Assembly (NCBI RefSeq): GCF_009914755.1
Contig: NC_060930.1
Strand: one strand, 5' to 3'
Length of the DNA: 64,000 bases
Origin: the human T2T-CHM13v2.0 reference genome, Homo sapiens
The position numbers and the translations under genes were made by a program. Positions 32,338 through 44,903 of this stretch are shown here, in pieces. How positions within the stretch are numbered: position 1 is the stretch's first letter; each line of letters begins with the position of its first letter. The notes beneath the pieces were generated by a model, which was not told the DNA's origin, did no database searches, and saw only the letters and a program-made list of their open reading frames with translations.

Positions 32338-34084
32338 TCTTCAAAATTTTAGATTCTGAAGCACTTTCATAAAAAGCCTATTCCATCAGCCTGTATTTCT
32401 CACTTGGTTGCATGTTAATTTGTCTGACATACTCTCCTTGGAAACTTCTCTCTCCTTACATGTTCTAACATGTCTTCTGAAAGATAATGAAGGAAATGCA
32501 TGGCACTTACTAATATAAGTTATACAACTGGCACATACATTTATAAAAAGAATGTAATGGAAGGCTTCCAATTATACCTAGCTATCTTCTTGAAATATCA
32601 TTTAATTAAAATAAATATGATACATTCTTGAATTGCTTGTAATTTCATCACCTTAAGGTGCTTGCACTAAAATAAAGAAAATGTGAATGAAGTAAATGTA
32701 GAAAAATAATAGGCCATATTATTTAAATTCCATAGTAAAAAAAAATAAATAAATAAAATAAATTCCATAGTAGAAGAAAACTAAGCATACTAAAAACAAA
32801 CAACACCAGACAGCTTTTTCAGCCCTGGCCCTTTAATGTCCTCTGAAATTTAAAAGAATAGCTTACATGCAAACAGTAATAGCAAAGGAAAGATCAGAAG
32901 GATCTAATGCTTGCAAAATTATTTACATTTGAGACCAACTCATATTTAGGAGACAGATGTAACTTTTTATTCTCCTTATCCCCCTCATCTCTAACAGAAA
33001 GAAATACTAACCTTGTTGGGCAGATTCTAAGACATTAATGTTAGTAAACATTGAGTGGCCCAGTGATGACACAATAAAAAATAAAATGCAGAGGTATTCC
33101 TGTAAGATGCAGAAAAGAAATTTGTATGCAGTGAAACAGTAGATCCCTGAATACTGAGGTCTTACCTCCTTTCCATTCCCCCCCCTATTAACAAATCTAA
33201 AATTGTAAAAATATATGATGACCAAGTGCTGTAATATTTTAACCTGAAAGATACCCTACTCTGTGGAAGCCACTGATTTAAAGGTTTGCTTCCATAAAGT
33301 ACCAAGAAAGCAAAAGGGAGTTTCCTCTCAATTGCAATCTTGACTTCATGGATATTTTTTGCACTGATAGCAGAGTAATAAAATGAAACAAGCAAAAATT
33401 GAATTGTTATGCTCATGCTTCCTCAAACCTGGGCAAATGTTTTGCTGCCTGCTGTAGTTAAAAGGGAGGAGTATGCTCCGTTAAATTTACATCCAAATTT
33501 TGATCCCAAGCACTTTTTTTATAGAAAAGAAAACAATAAATGCGGTAATATTTGCTCAGAAAACCTTTGTTGATTTATTAAAATTATACAAAAATAAGAG
33601 CTGAACAATCTTAGATATGAAATCATAATCACTAATTCAATTTAAAAAATAAGCCACACTGTTCCAATTTAATTTAAAATCAAACTCAATTGGAGGAACA
33701 GAAAATATGATATACAGCGTGAGTCTAGATTTCAGTAAGAATTATGAAAGTTTCTCTCTTGCTATCCAAACATGTAAGTTGAAAATTAAACTCATTCCAG
33801 AAGTCATTTCTGTTAGACATTTTTTCATTGCAAGTAAAAGAATGGCTAAAGTGGCTTAAATGGTAGGGATTCATTAGTAAATATTACCTACCAACCCTTC
33901 TGGAGATAGATGTCCTCAGCTTTGGACAATGCCATGGCTCAGTGTCTTAGGACTTTGTGCAGGCTTCTATGCAGTCTCCCTCCCTCTCTGTCTCTCTGTG
34001 TCTCCCTCCCCTGCCCCTTCTCTTCCTCTCTGTTTCTTCTTTACTATCACAAAATATCTGCCAAAACTCTATACAACATAATGT

Positions 34085-34350
34085 CTCACAACAACATACA
34101 AAAGAAAGGGGAAGAGGGAAGGAAACAAAATTACATAGAAGAGGAAGCTGAGCTTCAATGTAGGTGCAGTGACAGCCTTGGCTGATCCCATGGGGAACTG
34201 ATATGATCCCAGAGTTGACTGATATGGCTAGGCCTTTGTAATCTTTCATTCATCATATATTAGATGTGTACCTACCTTGCAAAGGGTACCATGCCCTTGA
34301 GCAAGACACCTGTCTGTAGTACAGAAATCTTCCTACCTGATGGGGCTGGC
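34085..34350. mobile_element. Old MaLR/ERVL LTR fragment
   Basis: Resembles MLT-type phrase gaggaagctgagcttcaatg...ccttggctgatcccatgggg; subfamily uncertain. Confidence 0.4.
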
Positions 34351-34356
34351 AGCTAA

Positions 34357-35160
34357 ATAAATAATTGGAGAGAGATGGCATATTTGTGGATTGGAAGACT
34401 TAACACTAAGTATGTAAATTATACCCAAAATAATCTCCTGAATCAACACAATTGCATTAAAAAAATTCTAGCAGATATTTTTGTGATAAATGGTGAACTT
34501 ATACTATAATTTATATGAAAATACAAAGGTCCAAGAAGAGACAAGTTAATCTTGAAGAAGAAAACAAAGCTGAAAGACTTAAACCACCAAATATCAAGGC
34601 CCATTATAAATCACAAAACTAATTAAGCCATTGTGGCATCAGTGCAAGAGGAGGCAAAGAGGGACATGAAACAGAATAGAAAGCTCAGAAGCAATCCATT
34701 CATGTATATTATCTGGATCTATGAAGATTATTATAATGCATTGCAGTGAAGAATGGAAGGTTTTTCCAGTAAATATTTGCTGTCAATTGGGTAACTATAC
34801 ACAGAAACTGAACCCTGACTCCCACTTCACAACATTGTGGAAATTAAGTCCAGATGGATAGGATATGTAAATATTAGAGGTAAAGCAATAAAACTTTTAG
34901 AAGAAAACTTAAGCACATATCTTCATAACCTAGAAGGAGGCAAAGGCTCGTTTATAAGACAGGACACAAAAAGTGCTAATCCTGGATATATTTGACTATA
35001 TTAAGACAAACAACTTCTGTTCATCAAAAGATATCATTAAAAGAATGAAAAGACAATCCATAGGATGAAATAAATATGTGCAATACCAATATCCTAGAAA
35101 GAGGTTGTTTTCAGAATACACAAAGGATTCTTATAATTAGAAAAAGTTGAAAACAGAAGC
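34357..35160 (+). mobile_element. L1ME-type ORF2 fragment
   Basis: tggattggaagacttaacac; aaacttttagaagaaaac; aacttctgttcatcaaaagatatc. Confidence 0.7.
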
Positions 35161-35525
35161 TAAAGATGGGATTTAAAAGTATATGGAATATATTTTTCAG
35201 AGTATATTCTATACTTTATCATATAATAAAAAGTTAAAGACATAAAATCCATACAATTTTTCCTCTTTCAGAGTCAAAATGATTTTTATGCTAATGCTAT
35301 TTCTTTAACACGCTCATATATTTACTTGTGCTTGCTCCTTTAATTAACAAAACCTATTTTCTCTCAATATTGATAATGTCACTTCTTAATGCATGCTGAA
35401 GAGATTTGTATATCAAACTTTAGGACACAGCCTAAACTGGAGATTTGTAGTTGAGTTTGCTATTCAGCCTGACATTCACTTTTCTGAGTAACAGGGTCAA
35501 ACAATGTGTTCTGAAAAGCAGAAAT

Positions 35526-35528
<3 letters not shown>

Positions 35529-35558
<30 letters not shown>
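35529..35558. repeat. Poly(A)30
   Basis: Directly visible. Confidence 0.97.
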
Positions 35559-35560
<2 letters not shown>

Positions 35561-36479
35561 AAATAACATTTTAAAATATTGTCATTTATTTAACAGTATT
35601 TTATTTCACCACAGATATATGTTGGCCCCCAAATTCAATTTTATTATATTAACATGCTAGGCTCTTTTGGCTTAAATATAAGTTTTGAAACTATTTCAAT
35701 AAAAAAGTTATGAGTATTTTAATTAATTTCATTGAAATACATGTAGAACTAGGTCTGCCAGGATAAGGTAGCTTCTGGTATCTTTGATTTAATAAACATA
35801 GGATTTTTAGGTACTATTTTGATCACTAGACGGAGCTTATATAGCATTACCAAAATTATAAAAATATGGAGAAACAATATAAAACTAATTTGAATAAAGA
35901 AATGCAGGGAATTTAAATTATAAAAGAAGTTAAATCTCTTGTGTATGTCAGAGTCCGTGATGGGTAAAGATTTTTATTAAAATCCATTTATAAAGACACC
36001 AGTGATTTGAATAAGAAGTGAAAACTTCATACATTTCAGGTGATTTGAATGCAAAAAATTGGACATCAGAAAATACAAATTGACTTTTATTTTTTATAAT
36101 AAGACATATAAAAATTAGTGATTATTTGTCAAATAACATTTAGTTTGAGGTCACAAGTATAAAGAAATGTGTAAAAATAGTAAGGTAAAATGTGAAATAC
36201 AATATTGTTTAAAGTGGAAAGGAGAAACTATATACTACACCCACAATGAGGACTGAATGGTAAAAATGCTAACCTAGCAAAGAAAAATTTGGTGATCACT
36301 CCAGATTGTAGTCTGAATCAGCAAGAATGATAAGAAAGGAAATATACCACATGGATTAGAGAAACTGCATGGTAATTCTCCAGGCGTACTATTCATCTAA
36401 AGCTTGGCACAGATGCTGAATTTTGAAAAGGACTAGAGTAAAGAAGACTTAGAAAATGATAAACAAATTCAACTTATGC

Positions 36480-36670
36480 AGCACAGTGCAAAGAACACTG
36501 GACAGTGAAGACGGGAACATGAATTCTCGAGTTTACAAGAATGTCACCACCTCACCAGAGGCCATAGTCAAGGCATCTCATTTCTCTCAGCCTCGCTGTC
36601 CTCATTTGTCAAATGAAAACATTTGCAAAATTATCTCATCATTTTCTTGCAGTTCTCGGATTTTACAATG
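36480..36670 (+). mobile_element. MIR
   Basis: Core-like tttctctcagcctc...cctcatttgtcaaatg. Confidence 0.6.
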
Positions 36671-36839
36671 AACTGAATTAATAATACATGGGCAATTGAG
36701 AGACTATTAAAATCCACTCTAGTGGACTTTATGCATGTGTAAATGTATTTGACAAAAGTTGATTAGCTATTCGCTACATTCACTACTGACAGAACTGGGG
36801 GGAAAATGGGCTGAGTCAAAAGTAAGAACAATGTAGGAC

Positions 36840-37000
36840 TAATGATTTTCAAGCCTCACTACCTTAGAATTAACTAGGGATCTCTTTAAAAATGCAGACC
36901 CTTAGGATTACATTTCATGTGATCTGGAATGTGACCAGGCATCAGTGTGTTTAAGTCTCCCTAAATGTTTCTAATTTTGATCCAGGCATGGAAACCTCTC
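36840..37000. mobile_element. MER5A-like hAT-Charlie MITE
   Basis: ttagaattaactagggatctctttaaaaatgcagacc...ccaggcatcagtgtgtttaag. Confidence 0.55.
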
Positions 37001-38554
37001 AATTAGGCATGATAAAATATTACCTACAAATGATGGTTTTTAGATAACCTTCCTCTGTGCCAATAAATATTAGAAAGTCAATAATTAACTATAAAATGAA
37101 CACTATAACTGTAATAAATATTAATATCTATAGAGACTTTAACATATTTACTTTTCTAGATGCCATAAATACATTAGCTTAATTAATCCTCTCAACAAAG
37201 TTTTCATGTATTTTCTTGTATTTTCCTATTTTTAAAGAGGGAGGCACAATCTTAGAAAGAATTTATAAATTGGAAAGTTCTGGACCCATGCAATGCTATC
37301 CTATGTGATTTTACCTTCAAGCTGCAGAATTTCATTTTCTTCCAGTTAAATATCATCCTCATGTAGTTATGATTAAAAATAAATTAATGGAAGAAGGTCA
37401 GTTCTTTTACTATACCCTACCTTCTCTCAAAAGTAGTGCATTAATACAAAATGCCTATTTACTGATTTCAATATAAAACATGGTTTAGTTTTCCCAAGTT
37501 ATAATCTACATCACAAAATTAAACTCTTTGAAATGTATACTTTCTTCTGGAAAATATTAACTATATTTTAATTGTGACTGCATTACCTCAGATTTCTCAT
37601 CAAGTTAGGTGTTCTAGAAACTAGAACATAAAATTGCTGTTATTTTTCAAACTTGCTGTTGAAGTCATTACTATGACTTTCATTGTATCAGAAACTCTCC
37701 TCTGTGTTGTTTCATGCTGTCCCTGTGCTATTGGCATTTTATGACTCTTTGAGATTACGATATTTCAAACCTCAGTGACTGTATGTTTCCACTGGGATAT
37801 TGGAAACAGACTTTACAGTCTCCACATACAATGCAATTTTTAAAATAAAATTCCATAAATTAAGGCTCTCATAAATTGCTGGAAATGCTGCTGTTGTAAG
37901 CAGCTGCTTTGTTGCATTTGATCCTCATGCTAGGTAGCGTTCATAGGGTATGGCATTTAAACCTGGGCTACTCTTAATTAGCATGAAGGTCTTGTGAAAA
38001 GATTATGCCTTGGCAAAGAGCTTACGACTATTAAAAAATGTCAGACAGAAGATCAATACGTAATCACCACTTGAAGTATACTAATCAGACTACACTACCT
38101 TGAAGAAAATATCAACTGAATCTATTAACTATCTAACACAGCTAGAGATCTGGCAGTAGAAGGAGGTAACAAACTGACTTGGAATCAACAAAGAAATTCA
38201 AGCTTCAGCTTCCAACCCACAGAATAAAATAGACGCCATAAGGGAAAGCCTTTTCAAAGGAACACACATTGGAATCACTTAATTCAAGGGGCTTCAGCAA
38301 TGTAAATTTTGCATTTGAGTCATGAATGCCTAAATGGACATGAACTCCCATTTATTGATTGTTCTGTTTATACAGTGAGTAGAAAAAGAGAGGACAAGAG
38401 GAGACACTTTAGGAGTCAGGAGGTAGGCATATAGCAGATGATTTAGGAATGATTCTGAATAATTTGCTGTTCTCACTGTTTTGTTTTGTTCATTTGTTTC
38501 CCCGTGGGAATCAGGAATAATCCTTTCAAAGGGTTTTTAAGTGAAAGCCAAATT

Positions 38555-39420
38555 TTTTACAGCAGTCTACAAAGTTTTATAGAATGTGTCCTCCTCCTTG
38601 TCACTTATCACTCTGACATTTCTCCTAATACCTCTTCCTTTACCCTGCCCCAGTGTAACAGACTGAATGTTTATGGTCACCAAAATTTGTTTGTTGAAAT
38701 ACTAACCCTTGAGGTGGTGGCATTAGAAGGTAGGGCCTTTTGGGAGATTATGAGGGCAGAACCCTCCTGAACGAGATAGTGCCTTTATGAAAGAGGCCCC
38801 AGAGAGCTCATTTGCCCCTTGCACCACGTCAGAACAGAGTGAGAGGGCACCATCTATAAACCAGGAAGCTAGCCCTCACCAGACAATGAATCTGCTTGCA
38901 TCTTGTCCTTCGACTTCTCAGCCTCCAGAACTGTGAGAAGTTAGTGTATGTTGTTTCCAAGCCATCCAGTCTATGGTATTTTGTTATAGCAGCCAGAATG
39001 AACTAAAATACCCAGCCACACTTGTTGGACACACCAGCCACACTTCCTCTGAAGGGTCTTTGCATCCACTGTTCCCTCTGCCTAGATTGTTTCTCCTTCT
39101 CCCCTCTTTGAAGTTTTCACTCAAATATCTTCTTCTTGATGACATCTTCCCAGGCCACTATCTAAATTGCAAACCACTACTAATTGCATACAAACTTTGG
39201 GTACCCCTCGGCTCTTGGTTATTTTTTTAGCTCTTATCTGCCATGTCATATATTTAAAATATTTATCTGGTTAATTCCGTTTCCCTTCCTCAAATACCAT
39301 TTTGATTGGGGTAAAGACTTCTGTTTATTGCACAGTGTCATATCACTAGAATCTAGAATAGTGCCAGTCATATATCAGGAGATCAAAAAAAATTTTTTAA
39401 TGAAAAAATGAAGGAATGAA
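38555..39420 (+). mobile_element. L2 3' end, interrupted by an MLT1A LTR
   Basis: ctgttccctctgcctag; tagaatagtgccag; (GAAT)-like tail. Confidence 0.65.
38654..39010 (+). mobile_element. MLT1A-like MaLR solo LTR
   Basis: TGTAACAGACTGAATGTT...GGTATTTTGTTATAGCAGCC; 5-bp TSD CCCAG at 38649-38653 and 39011-39015. Confidence 0.88.
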
Positions 39421-40469
39421 CTTTTGAATTGGACTTTCTTCTATCTTTTTTGGATGAGGGATCTCAAAGAAAGTCAGAGTGAAGGAGAATATGGCCAACT
39501 CTCACTAGTTTTGAAGGAGATAAACTCCGAGAGTAAAAAGAATATATAGCAGTGTTAACAAGGAAAAGGAGCAAGTAAATTTAAACCAAGCCCTACAATT
39601 TTCAACCATCCAATTTACCCCTAAGACACTTAACAAGCACAAGAAGTGTACACTCAGATTTCCTTCCTTCCTCCCTACCTTCCCATGTTGAAGTCTAAGC
39701 CCTAGACCTATGTTGAACAGTTTCTTTTCCTGAACCCATGGAGAATCTTCAGGTCTGGCCTTTTCCTATATTACAGGAGCTGTGGATGCCAGTTACTATT
39801 CTCCCAATACTGATTTCTGCACTTTGTTACTTCTGACTTGTCTCAATAATAACTCCATTTGATACAGCTCAGTTCCTAGTCCCTTCCTGGAGTGCCATGT
39901 AACAAGGTTTCCATTCATTTTGCACTCGTTTTTATTATGAGTAGGAAAGCCAACTCATAAAATAAAAGAGAAGTCCTGCCCTTTCTATTTAGTGATGGTT
40001 CCATCCTATGGAAAGAGGAGAGTCCAATCTATAATGAGAATAGGAAAAGTCACTGTAAATCTAGGGCAAAGACATTTCCCCATCTATACCACTATTTTAC
40101 TTACAGGTAGAATGTGCTCCTTTTTCCAGCTTTTCCAGAAGTAAAACTAGTATTTTATCAGGGCAAGAAAAATATAATTAAATGAACTCTCAAATCTTAA
40201 CAGTGGAGATTATATCTTAGAAAAATATAAAAGATTTTGGTTTGAATATTATTTTCCTGTCCGTTTTCATATAAGATACAGACAATCAGCCTGGAAATTC
40301 TCCAGCATGGGATAAGAAAGCCAGCTGGGGTTCTTATCCATATATCCATGACATATACTTTGGTAAACAAAAATTATTTATTAAGTACCCTGATAATGTC
40401 AGAAAGAAAGCATATATTATTATTTTACTCATAAAATAAATAACATTTGTTTATGTTTTATTTTATTTT

Positions 40470-40700
40470 CCAGTTATCAACATATAGCATTGGGCCTTGG
40501 TTAACATTTACTAACCTCTTACTGCTATCACTTTCTAAAATATATATGTTATTTGATTCAATCCTCATAAAAGACCTGTCATATAGATTATATTATTACC
40601 CTATTTAGAAGACACTAAAATCAACATAGTCCAGGTAATTTACCTAAGACTGGTAAGTAGAGAAACATAACTTGTACTCAAGCAAATTACAGAGCCCTTA
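40470..40700 (-). mobile_element. MIR
   Basis: aatcctcataaaagacctgtc...attattaccctattt...aggtaatttacctaag. Confidence 0.5.
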
Positions 40701-40987
40701 ACATACTTACCAGTCTGGTATATGAAATTACGTAAGTGAATAAAATTTTTTTACCTGTTCTTTAGTACACGTGTGTTAGGTCACATATCCGTAAGAGCAG
40801 ACATTTAAATGGAAACTTTGGTTGATTGATAAGGAGCATTTTTCCTGTTTCTGATAGGTACAGTTGTTTTGTAAAATGTGTTTCCAGCCCTGCATTATCA
40901 CCAACCTGAACTAGGTCACTATCATGCTGAGCCTGAAATGGACGTAATTCATTTCTTCTACTCTTGCCACAATTTGAGCCATTCTCT

Positions 40988-41600
40988 ACAGAGAAGCAAA
41001 GGATCTTATTGACATGAGAACTGAAATCTTGTCTACCCCTTGCTTAAAACTCTTCAATGGTATACAAACAAACACACTTGGAATCCTACTGTGGCCATAA
41101 GCCTGACATGAACTGGCCCTTGCTGATTCTTTTACATTCATTTTTGAATCACTTCTCCTCTCCTTCATTAAGCTCCAGTTATACGGTATTGTCAACTTTT
41201 AAATGGCTTTCCTTCATTATGGCCTTGCACAGCTTTCCATCTCCCTAGATGCTGTCTATGGATACCACATCTCTTCACCCTATTTGTTTCCTTCATGATA
41301 ATTATAATTCATAATCATTTTGCTTGTGACTCATTCTTTTGTTTCCTAACCCAACAACTTCATAGAATAGTGGCAATGTCCACAGAGAAGCAAAAAAATC
41401 TTATTCACGTGAGAATTAAAACTATTCTGGCCTCTTAATAAAGCTCTTCAATGGAATCCAAACACAGTTGGAATCCTACCACAGGTAAAATACCAACTCC
41501 ATGAGAAAAATGACTGTCGGTCTGTCTTTGCATCATCATGCTCCCAGTACCTATCATGGAGCCTCATATGTAATAGTAGTTCAGTAATTACTTGTTAAGT
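40988..41600 (+). mobile_element. L2 fragment containing an internal ~100-bp duplication
   Basis: cttgcttaaaactcttcaatgg; ggccttgcacagc; 3' end cccagtacc...gttcagtaattacttgtt. Confidence 0.55.
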
Positions 41601-42689
41601 CTATCATATTGTTCTCCAAGTTAAAATAAAAATGGCTTCCAAATTCACAGATGAATTTCAAATTCCTTATTCCAGCATTCAAGATTTAAATAAGCCCTTG
41701 CAGACACTTGATTTCCTTCTCTCCTAAACCTGTTCTAAGCACTCTTGTCAACGAACACATCTATGTTACTCAAACACCTCCAACGCATTCTTATCTTGGT
41801 GTCTTTACTCAAATCATTCTCTTTTGCTTGAATGTCCTCTACGATTTCCAATTGTGCAAATTTCAAGTACATCTGCTCTGGCTCTAGGAAGCCTTTCTTT
41901 TTTCCCGATTATTTCCTGCCTCTTCAAAGGAAGATTAACTCAGTCTAATGTATATTTTGTTTGAAGTTTGAAATATCTCTTTATATAGAAGAGCTGTTTC
42001 AAGCATTGAAGCTAGAGAAACCATTGCCCCACCTTCCTCCATCATTTACTATCTGTGGATCTTTGTTTTCTTTGTCTATATAATGACAATAAAATTTTTT
42101 CCAACTCCTATTTTTTAAAATTAAACTTATAACACATGTAGTGTTGAGGTACCATTGATCACTAAGTTATACTAAGTACTAAATGTTCATTATTTAAAAT
42201 CATAGCTGAACTTAAATTGCATTAGTTACTACATTTATTTGGCTATATGCCATAGAGATACAAAGAGATTATAAACTTTCTAAAAATTGAGAAAAATATA
42301 TTATTCTGATCATTTTCCACCACATCTTGTGTAAAGAAGGTATTCAATTAATATCTGTTGACTTGACTGATTGCATTGATTAAAGAACATTTTTTCAAAA
42401 TGAAGCTTTGTCTGTAAATGTGCTTCTTTCAGAAACAGGAAGACTATAATTAGCTCTTATTGTGCAGAAAATTCATAAACCTGAATTGCTATGCAGTTCT
42501 TTTTCTTCTACCAGTATATGCTGTATATAATGCTTAAAAATAATTAGCAAGTCTGTGGAGGTAATCAGCTTTACTTCATACTCTATCTAAAATATTTTAA
42601 ACAGCATTTTACTGAGTCTTGTGGTTAGAATTCTGCATGATGTTAGTCCTCACTGGAAGCAAATATCTGACGTTTTTTTTCATTTAGAA

Positions 42690-42875
42690 CAGTGACTCTC
42701 ACATGCCACAGGCTGGCTAAATTAGATTCATCTGTGGTGATTATTAACATCACAGTTTGCTGAAATCCATGCCCAACTCACTCATCAGAATCTCTAGGGA
42801 TGAAAGGCCAGGAAATTATACTTTATGCAAATACCTCAGAAGATTGTGATGTGTAGCTAGGTATAAGAAACTTCC
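42690..42875. mobile_element. MER5A-like MITE
   Basis: atcagaatctctagggatgaaaggccaggaaat...gattgtgatg. Confidence 0.55.
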
Positions 42876-43239
42876 CTCTTAAAAAAGCAGCTAATTGGAA
42901 TCATTATGTACAAAACAAAGAGCAGTAAACTTTTCTACCAACTATAATTTCTATTATGATATCTCTCAAATGAGAGAAGTCTCAAGGTTTGGATTTTACT
43001 TTCACATAGATGCCTAAATGCTTCTCCAGTACATTCTTTCTTACTGCAAAAATACATGATAAATTTAAACTTATAGCTTCCCATTTTTAATTAAAAAAAC
43101 CTTTAAATAGACTTATGGAGCTGTAAAATTAAAAAGTGTGTTATTTATAGATATGAATGCTTGTCATTACAGAATAAGCATCAATGAAATAAAAAAATGC
43201 ATCAGTCTATCAAGTTTAAGAATCTGATAGCAGTAGCAG

Positions 43240-43868
43240 CTTTGAAATACATATCGCTTTTATTACTGAGTAGTATAATCATTTTACAAATTTTATGACA
43301 TACCACATTTTGTTTATCCATTCACCAGTTGAGGGACATCTAGATTGTTTCCACTCTTTGGCTATTATGAATAATGCTGTTGTGAATATTCAAGTAAAAG
43401 TCTTTTGTGTGGACATATGTTTTCATCTCTTTTCAGTAGATACACAGGAGTAAAATTGCTGGTTCATATGGGAATTTTATGTATTTAAAGTTTAAGAAAT
43501 GTCAGAATATGTTTATGCAAAGTGGCTTCACCATTTTACATTCCCACCAGGAATGCATGAAGGTACCTGTTTCTCTACATCCTTGCCAACACTTGTTATT
43601 ACATGCTACATTAATGAATCTCAAAAACACTGATCTAAACAAATGAAGCTAAGTAGTAAGCAAAATACCACATATTGTAAGAATCCATGTGTATTAAATG
43701 TTCAGAAAAGACAAATCCATAGAGACAGAATGTAAATCAGTGGTTGCCTGGAAATGGAAATAGTGATTGACTGCAAATGGTAATGAGGAATCCAGAATAA
43801 TAAAAATGTTTTAAAAAATGGGATCACAATGATGATTTCAAACTCTAATAATTTACTAAAAACTTGTG
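43240..43868. mobile_element. Old L1M 3' fragments (minus ~43240-43600; plus ~43600-43868, resuming after 50005)
   Basis: taccacattttgtttatccattcacc (antisense); gacaaatccatagagacagaatgtaaatcagtggttgcc (sense). Confidence 0.7.
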
Positions 43869-44903
43869 GGGGGAGGATCCAAGACGGCTGAATAGGAACA
43901 GCTCCAGTTTACAGCTCCCAGCGTGAGTGATGCAGAAGAGGGGTGATTTCTGCATTTCCATCTGAGGTACCGGGTTCATCTCACTAGGGAGTGCCAGACA
44001 GTGGGGGCAGGTCAGTGGGTGCAGCGCACCATGCCTGAGCCGAAGCAGGGCGAGGCATTGCCTCACCTGGGAAGCGCAAGGGGTCAGGGAGTTCCCTTTC
44101 CCAGTCAAAGAAAGGGGTGACAGACAGCACCTGGAAATTCCGGACGCTCCCACCCTAATACTGCGCTTTTCCGACAGGCTTAAAAAACGGCGCACCAGGA
44201 GATTAAATCCCGGCACCTGGCTCAGAGGGTCCTACGCCCAAGGAGTCTCACTGATTGCTAGCACAGCAGTCTCAGATCAAACTGCAAGGCGGCAGCAAGG
44301 CTGGGGGAGGGGCGCCCGCCATTGCCCAGGCTTGCATAGGTAAACAAAGCAGCTGGGAAGCTCGAACTGGGTGGAGCCCACCACAGCTCAAGGAGGCCTG
44401 CCTGCCTCTGTAGGCTCCACCTCTGGGGGCAGAGCACAGACAAACAAAAAGACAGCAGTAACCTCTGCAGACTTAAATGTCCCTGTCTGACAGCTTTGAA
44501 GAGAGCAGTGGTTCTCCCAGCACGCAGCTGGAGATTTGACAATGGGCAGACTGCCTCCTCAAGTGGGTCCCTGACCACTGACCCCTGAGCAGCCTAACTG
44601 GGAGGCACCCCACAATAGGGGCAGACTGACACCTCACACGGCCGGGTACTCCTCTGAGACAAAACTTCCAGAGGAACGATCAGACAGCAGCATTCCTGGT
44701 TCACGAAAAACCGCTGTTCTGCAAACACCGCTGCTGATACCCAGGCAAACGGTCTGGAGTGGACCTCTAGCAAACTCCAACACACCTGCAGCTGAGGGTC
44801 CTGTCTGTTAGAAGGAAAACTAACAAACAGAAATGACATCCACACCAAAAACCCATCTGTACATCACCATCATCAAAGACCAAAAGTAGATAAAACCACA
44901 AAG
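43869..44903. promoter_or_regulatory. L1 5'UTR internal sense and antisense promoter (CpG-rich)
   Basis: Canonical L1PA 5'UTR; many CpGs retained; activity not shown. Confidence 0.7.
44272..44322 (-). pseudogene. L1 ORF0, truncated (MAGAPPPALLPPCSLI*)
   Basis: ORF0 ATG at 44322; TGA at 44274-44272 where TCA is expected. Confidence 0.8.

Noticed and set aside
43845-44848. Antisense ORFs of 123, 106 and 84 aa
   Set aside because: L1 5'UTR antisense frames; the authentic ORF0 is truncated at codon 17
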